From Psammoneis japonica (Eukaryota): DNA of 64,000 nucleotides. The DNA is taken from assembly GCA_008632985.1 (NCBI GenBank), contig QPGO01000229.1, forward strand, positions 1 through 64,000, read 5' to 3'. The notes under the pieces are model-generated. The model searched no databases and was not told where the DNA came from. It saw nothing but the letters and a program-made list of their open reading frames with translations. A program made the position numbers and the translations under genes. Below, piece after piece: positions 60,434-64,000 of this stretch (position 1 is the stretch's first letter; each line of letters opens with the position of its first letter).

Positions 60434-61925
60434 ATGCGCGACAATGATGTCAACGTGCCGAACGACGATAATGACAGTAGTGTGTTTACGGATTCTTCAG
60501 TTTCTGACTCTACAGAACTATCTGATAATGATTTGCGACCACTGATTTCAGACTCCTCCGACGTTGTTATGCCGCACAAGCTCCCGCTTTGGCGTCGACA
60601 TAGCCTCAGCAAGGTCTTATGCATTTTAATGATGATTATCGGTGGGATATCGCTTGTCGCTATGCTTTCTTTCCAGTCAATCGATGCGGGGTATCCGAAC
60701 AAATCGCTCTTCTAGGCTGTGCTACAGTCCAACAATTGATCGCCTCTCCGTGGTGGCACCAGGAACGCCAATGATTCCTCCCGGCGGATACAAGTTAATA
60801 CAGGCAACTGTTCACCAGCGCCATTTAGATCGATGGATGTACACTCATTCTTACATTAAAAATTACTGCTGGGCGAACCAAATCAACAGCACCGATCCGA
60901 TTATGCAGGCGCAATGCACTTATAACTTGTCTTCGGTGTGGGACACGGCTAGCTTTGACACGGACCCCTATTCTGCTCCGGCTCGAGGAAGTTGCAATCC
61001 AAAGCAACTTACCATTCAAGGACTGCAACACGCAGAAGCTCTTGGCATTGCCTATCGAAAAATGTTCCCTCACGTGGACGATCCAGAGTTTTGCAGTAGG
61101 ATCAAGTTGGAATCCGATGTCGCTCAAAAGAATCAACAAAGCACCCAACACGCATACAAGGGCATGTGCGGGTCGTTACCCGACCCCACCCAACACCCCG
61201 CCGAGACGGTGTTGGATGACGGGACAATCGAGCCCGGCAGACCCTTTTTTCTCACGTTGGGTACCATTTGCGACTCTGATTTCTACCTCGAGGCTTGGGC
61301 AAACGCAAAGGCCGCCTTTACCAACTCGTCGTGGATTCCCAAAATGACCAAGTCGGCAGCCATCTTGACCAAGCCACTGGCAAGGAGCCTGTCACCGACA
61401 AGGATTTCTTGGCGGAGCTTCTCGACAATATTGTCGATTGTACTGTATGCCACGAGTGTCATGGACTCGACGACACTCCCTCTGCGATTTGGCCCGTGTT
61501 TGATCGTGTCAATGGCAAGAGACGGCATCAAGGCTTTTTGTGCTTGATGCGATTGATTCAAACGTGAGAAATAGATTTATGGCCAATTACTTTGGATACT
61601 ACCTTGTCGTTGTCCAGAGACGAATGCAAAAGGCTCTTGACAATGGTAATGATGACGAGCCCTTGATGTATCTTCAAGTCACGAGCGACGATCGCATCTC
61701 GACATTGCTCAAAATGTTGGATGCGCCTACCTCCATGCTGACACGAGACCTGTGTGGGGATCACAAATAATCTTTCAATTGCTGGAAAAGGAGCACTCCT
61801 ACTTTGTTCGAACTCTGTACAATGGACAGGAAGTACGCTTGCAGACTTGGTCGGCGTTTGTTGACTTTGTATCATCCATCTCGCCGTCGGAAGAAGACTG
61901 TTCTAAATTCTATGATAATCTGTAA
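60434..61925 (+). CDS. Histidine acid phosphatase-like type II membrane protein (intron/frameshifts)
   Basis: TM helix near the N-terminus, YKLIQATVHQRHLDR (RHGxR-like), QLTIQGLQH..LG and late TSDDRISTLL / VRTLYNG. Reading frame changes several times. Confidence 0.55.
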
Positions 61926-61960
61926 ACCATATATTTGATAGCAAAAGGAAGCGTTCGACA

Positions 61961-62413
61961 TCACTCACGCCGCTCGTGTATATAAATCAAGTGATAACCA
62001 AATGGTGTCTTGATCGGGCCAAGGACCTTTCCAACTTGTTCGTTGAAGACCACCTCATCAAACTCCTCCACCATGTTTCCGGGCCCAAACTCTCCGAGGC
62101 TCCCACCGTCCGCGGCGGATGGACACTGACTGAACTTGGTTGCTGCAATCGCAAAGATCTCTGGATCCTCGTGAATTTCCTCCTTGAGGATTTGCAGCTT
62201 ATTGTATGCTTCGTCCTCATCGGCGCCCGTCATGATGAGAATGTGGCTGGCGGTTGCCTTGGCGGTCGACTGCGGTTTTCGTGATTCCAATTCATCAAAA
62301 AAGCTACCACACACAAAAATGAAGCGTTGCTGCTGATGCGTCCTTTGCGGTGCGGTAAAAGCCGTGGTTGAACCGATGAACGCCAAGAATGCAAGTGCAA
62401 TTATCAATCTCAT
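61961..62413 (-). CDS. Parvulin (PpiC-type) peptidyl-prolyl isomerase, plastid-targeted
   Basis: Leader ...STTA-FTAP. ATASHIL, FSQCPS..GGSLGEFGPGNMVEEFD and GPIKTPFGYHLI. Confidence 0.9.
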   Translation of the reverse strand: MRLIIALAFLAFIGSTTAFTAPQRTHQQQRFIFVCGSFFDELESRKPQSTAKATASHILIMTGADEDEAYNKLQILKEEIHEDPEIFAIAATKFSQCPSAADGGSLGEFGPGNMVEEFDEVVFNEQVGKVLGPIKTPFGYHLIYIHERRE

Positions 62414-62693
62414 TCTACCGGTCTGGATGAGAATGCTTGTGGTATGGAGATGAATGGGGCTGGCAGGAAATGTTATGTCGTGTCTTTCACAAAAAAAGCG
62501 AAGTGTCGGTCGCGGCTACTTACTGTCGGTCGCTTTCGCTGTGAGCGTGTCTGCGACTTCTTGTCAACGCAAACAACAAGGGCGTTTTACGATAACATAT
62601 GAAACAGCATCTCTACTTTACAAGGCGGACGACGACTACCGCACAGAGTCTTGCAAACTTCCGCAGATGGTCTACATTGATATATTTATCAAT

Positions 62694-63330
62694 TTAATCA
62701 AAAGATCCGGACGGTGGTCGAATACCACAAGGATCGTCTCCGTCGAAAATGCCGTGCAAAAAATGATCCCATGATATCCATTCCTTGGTTCCTCTGTAGT
62801 ACTCCTCGGGCCGTTTGGGTATATACGGCGTACGCAAATTTCCATTGGCTACCAAATCATTAAATTCTTCTTTTGTGTTGGGACCAAGGTTGGCCTGGAT
62901 CCATTTTCTCGCATCTTCGTACGGGAGCTTTCTAGGTATCGATGAAAGTGTTTGGGTTTTGTGTAACAAAGAGGAGAAAAAGTTAGCATGCGAAAACGAA
63001 GCTACTGCACTTTATTGACAAGCAATGTCTTTTCCTTACTTACAGTGGTTTTCTTTTCAAGAACGATCTTCGATTCTCTTCTTCGAGACGAATTCTCTCT
63101 GCCCTCCACCCGAGGTCGTCCATTAGTTTCTTTTCGTCTGATGAAGAATCTGCAGCATTGTCAGCCGACAACAGCAAGGGAATACGACTTGTTGGTGTTT
63201 CAAAATTGTAAAATACAGGATTCTCGCCGCTGATGGGTCTCGCGACAAAGGCACAGCACCGTGTCATCACGGTCGCGAGCCCAACAAGAGCAGCCATCGG
63301 ACCAAAGAGCATTGCTCTTTGTTTTCCCAT
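62694..63330 (-). CDS. Hypothetical protein, probably plastid-targeted, 2 exons
   Basis: Leader ending CCA-FVAR. Exon 1 ...LEEENRRSFLKRKP joins exon 2 KLPYEDARKW...PYIPKRPEEYY...WISWDHFL. Confidence 0.6.
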
Positions 63331-63774
63331 CACCACTGCAAAACAGGTCAAAAGCAAACTCTCCAGTGGGGGCGCAGACGGGGTGTCTCGAGTCTTCGAA
63401 ACGTTCGTTGAATGCAAGTTCTGGGGTCAATAGAAGCACACAACGTGATGACACGATGAATTGTGAATTCTCATTGGAAGCAAAACGATGCACAACAAAT
63501 GCAGAAATGATGATGTGGCAAAAATTCCAAAAAATGGCGCGAAATCTTTTATCTTTTATACAAACATAGAGGTTTTTATTTTCGTCGGTCGGCGGACAGA
63601 ATGACATCAACATTCAGTACTGATCGCCCGTAGGATTCTACGTGGGTTGTTCCCAGCCGCGAAGTTGAAGAAGCGAGCTTTGTGTTCGACATCCGACGAC
63701 AATAACACAAACCGAGAAAGGAGAGGAGTTGTTGCTGTTGTAATTGATTTCTGGCGTTGAATACATCAGACACA

Positions 63775-64000
63775 ATGATGGAATTCTCACAAAAACGGCT
63801 GATTTTGGTGGTGGTGGCAAGCCTGATCTCTGTCTCAACCTCGTTCCATGCTTCTCTGTCTCCACGGCTTCACGTAAATAATGTTCCCGTTCGACGAACC
63901 GCCTTGTTCATGTCGTCGGGCAAGGGATTTGGTTCAGCTCCTCCGCCACCACCCGAGTCAGAGACAACGACTGAAAACGAAGAATCAACAACCCCTGTCA
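63775..64000 (+). CDS. 5' part of a probable plastid-targeted protein, truncated by the window end
   Basis: MMEFSQKRLILVVVASLISVSTS-FHAS...LFMSSGKGFG, open to the end of the window. Confidence 0.5.
   Translation, partial: MMEFSQKRLILVVVASLISVSTSFHASLSPRLHVNNVPVRRTALFMSSGKGFGSAPPPPPESETTTENEESTTPV

Overview
Eukaryotic nuclear DNA, most likely a diatom or other stramenopile: short GT-AG introns, bipartite plastid-targeting 'A-F-A-P'-like leaders and compact genes. Many single-base frameshifts in conserved genes suggest long-read indel errors. Host genes: PDCD5, a convergent pair of fusion genes (HutG-HutI and HutH-HutU) covering a complete histidine-utilisation pathway, DDM1/LSH, a GT41 glycosyltransferase with a signal peptide, SOF1/DCAF13, duplicated ricin-B-like genes, an APH/MtnK-like kinase, an amine oxidase, ClC, DnaJ, METTL21-like, BAP31, a globin-fused nitric oxide synthase, NPL4, REP/GDI, SUZ12-like, a His-phosphatase and a parvulin. 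The most striking signal is in the repeats (about 19.8-34.0 kb, 46.3-47.7 kb, 53.0-53.7 kb): TpA is almost absent and appears converted to TpG/CpA. Tyr codons become Cys/His and TAA/TAG stops vanish, even where CpG survives. This looks like repeat-targeted A:T->G:C hypermutation, opposite in direction to fungal RIP.
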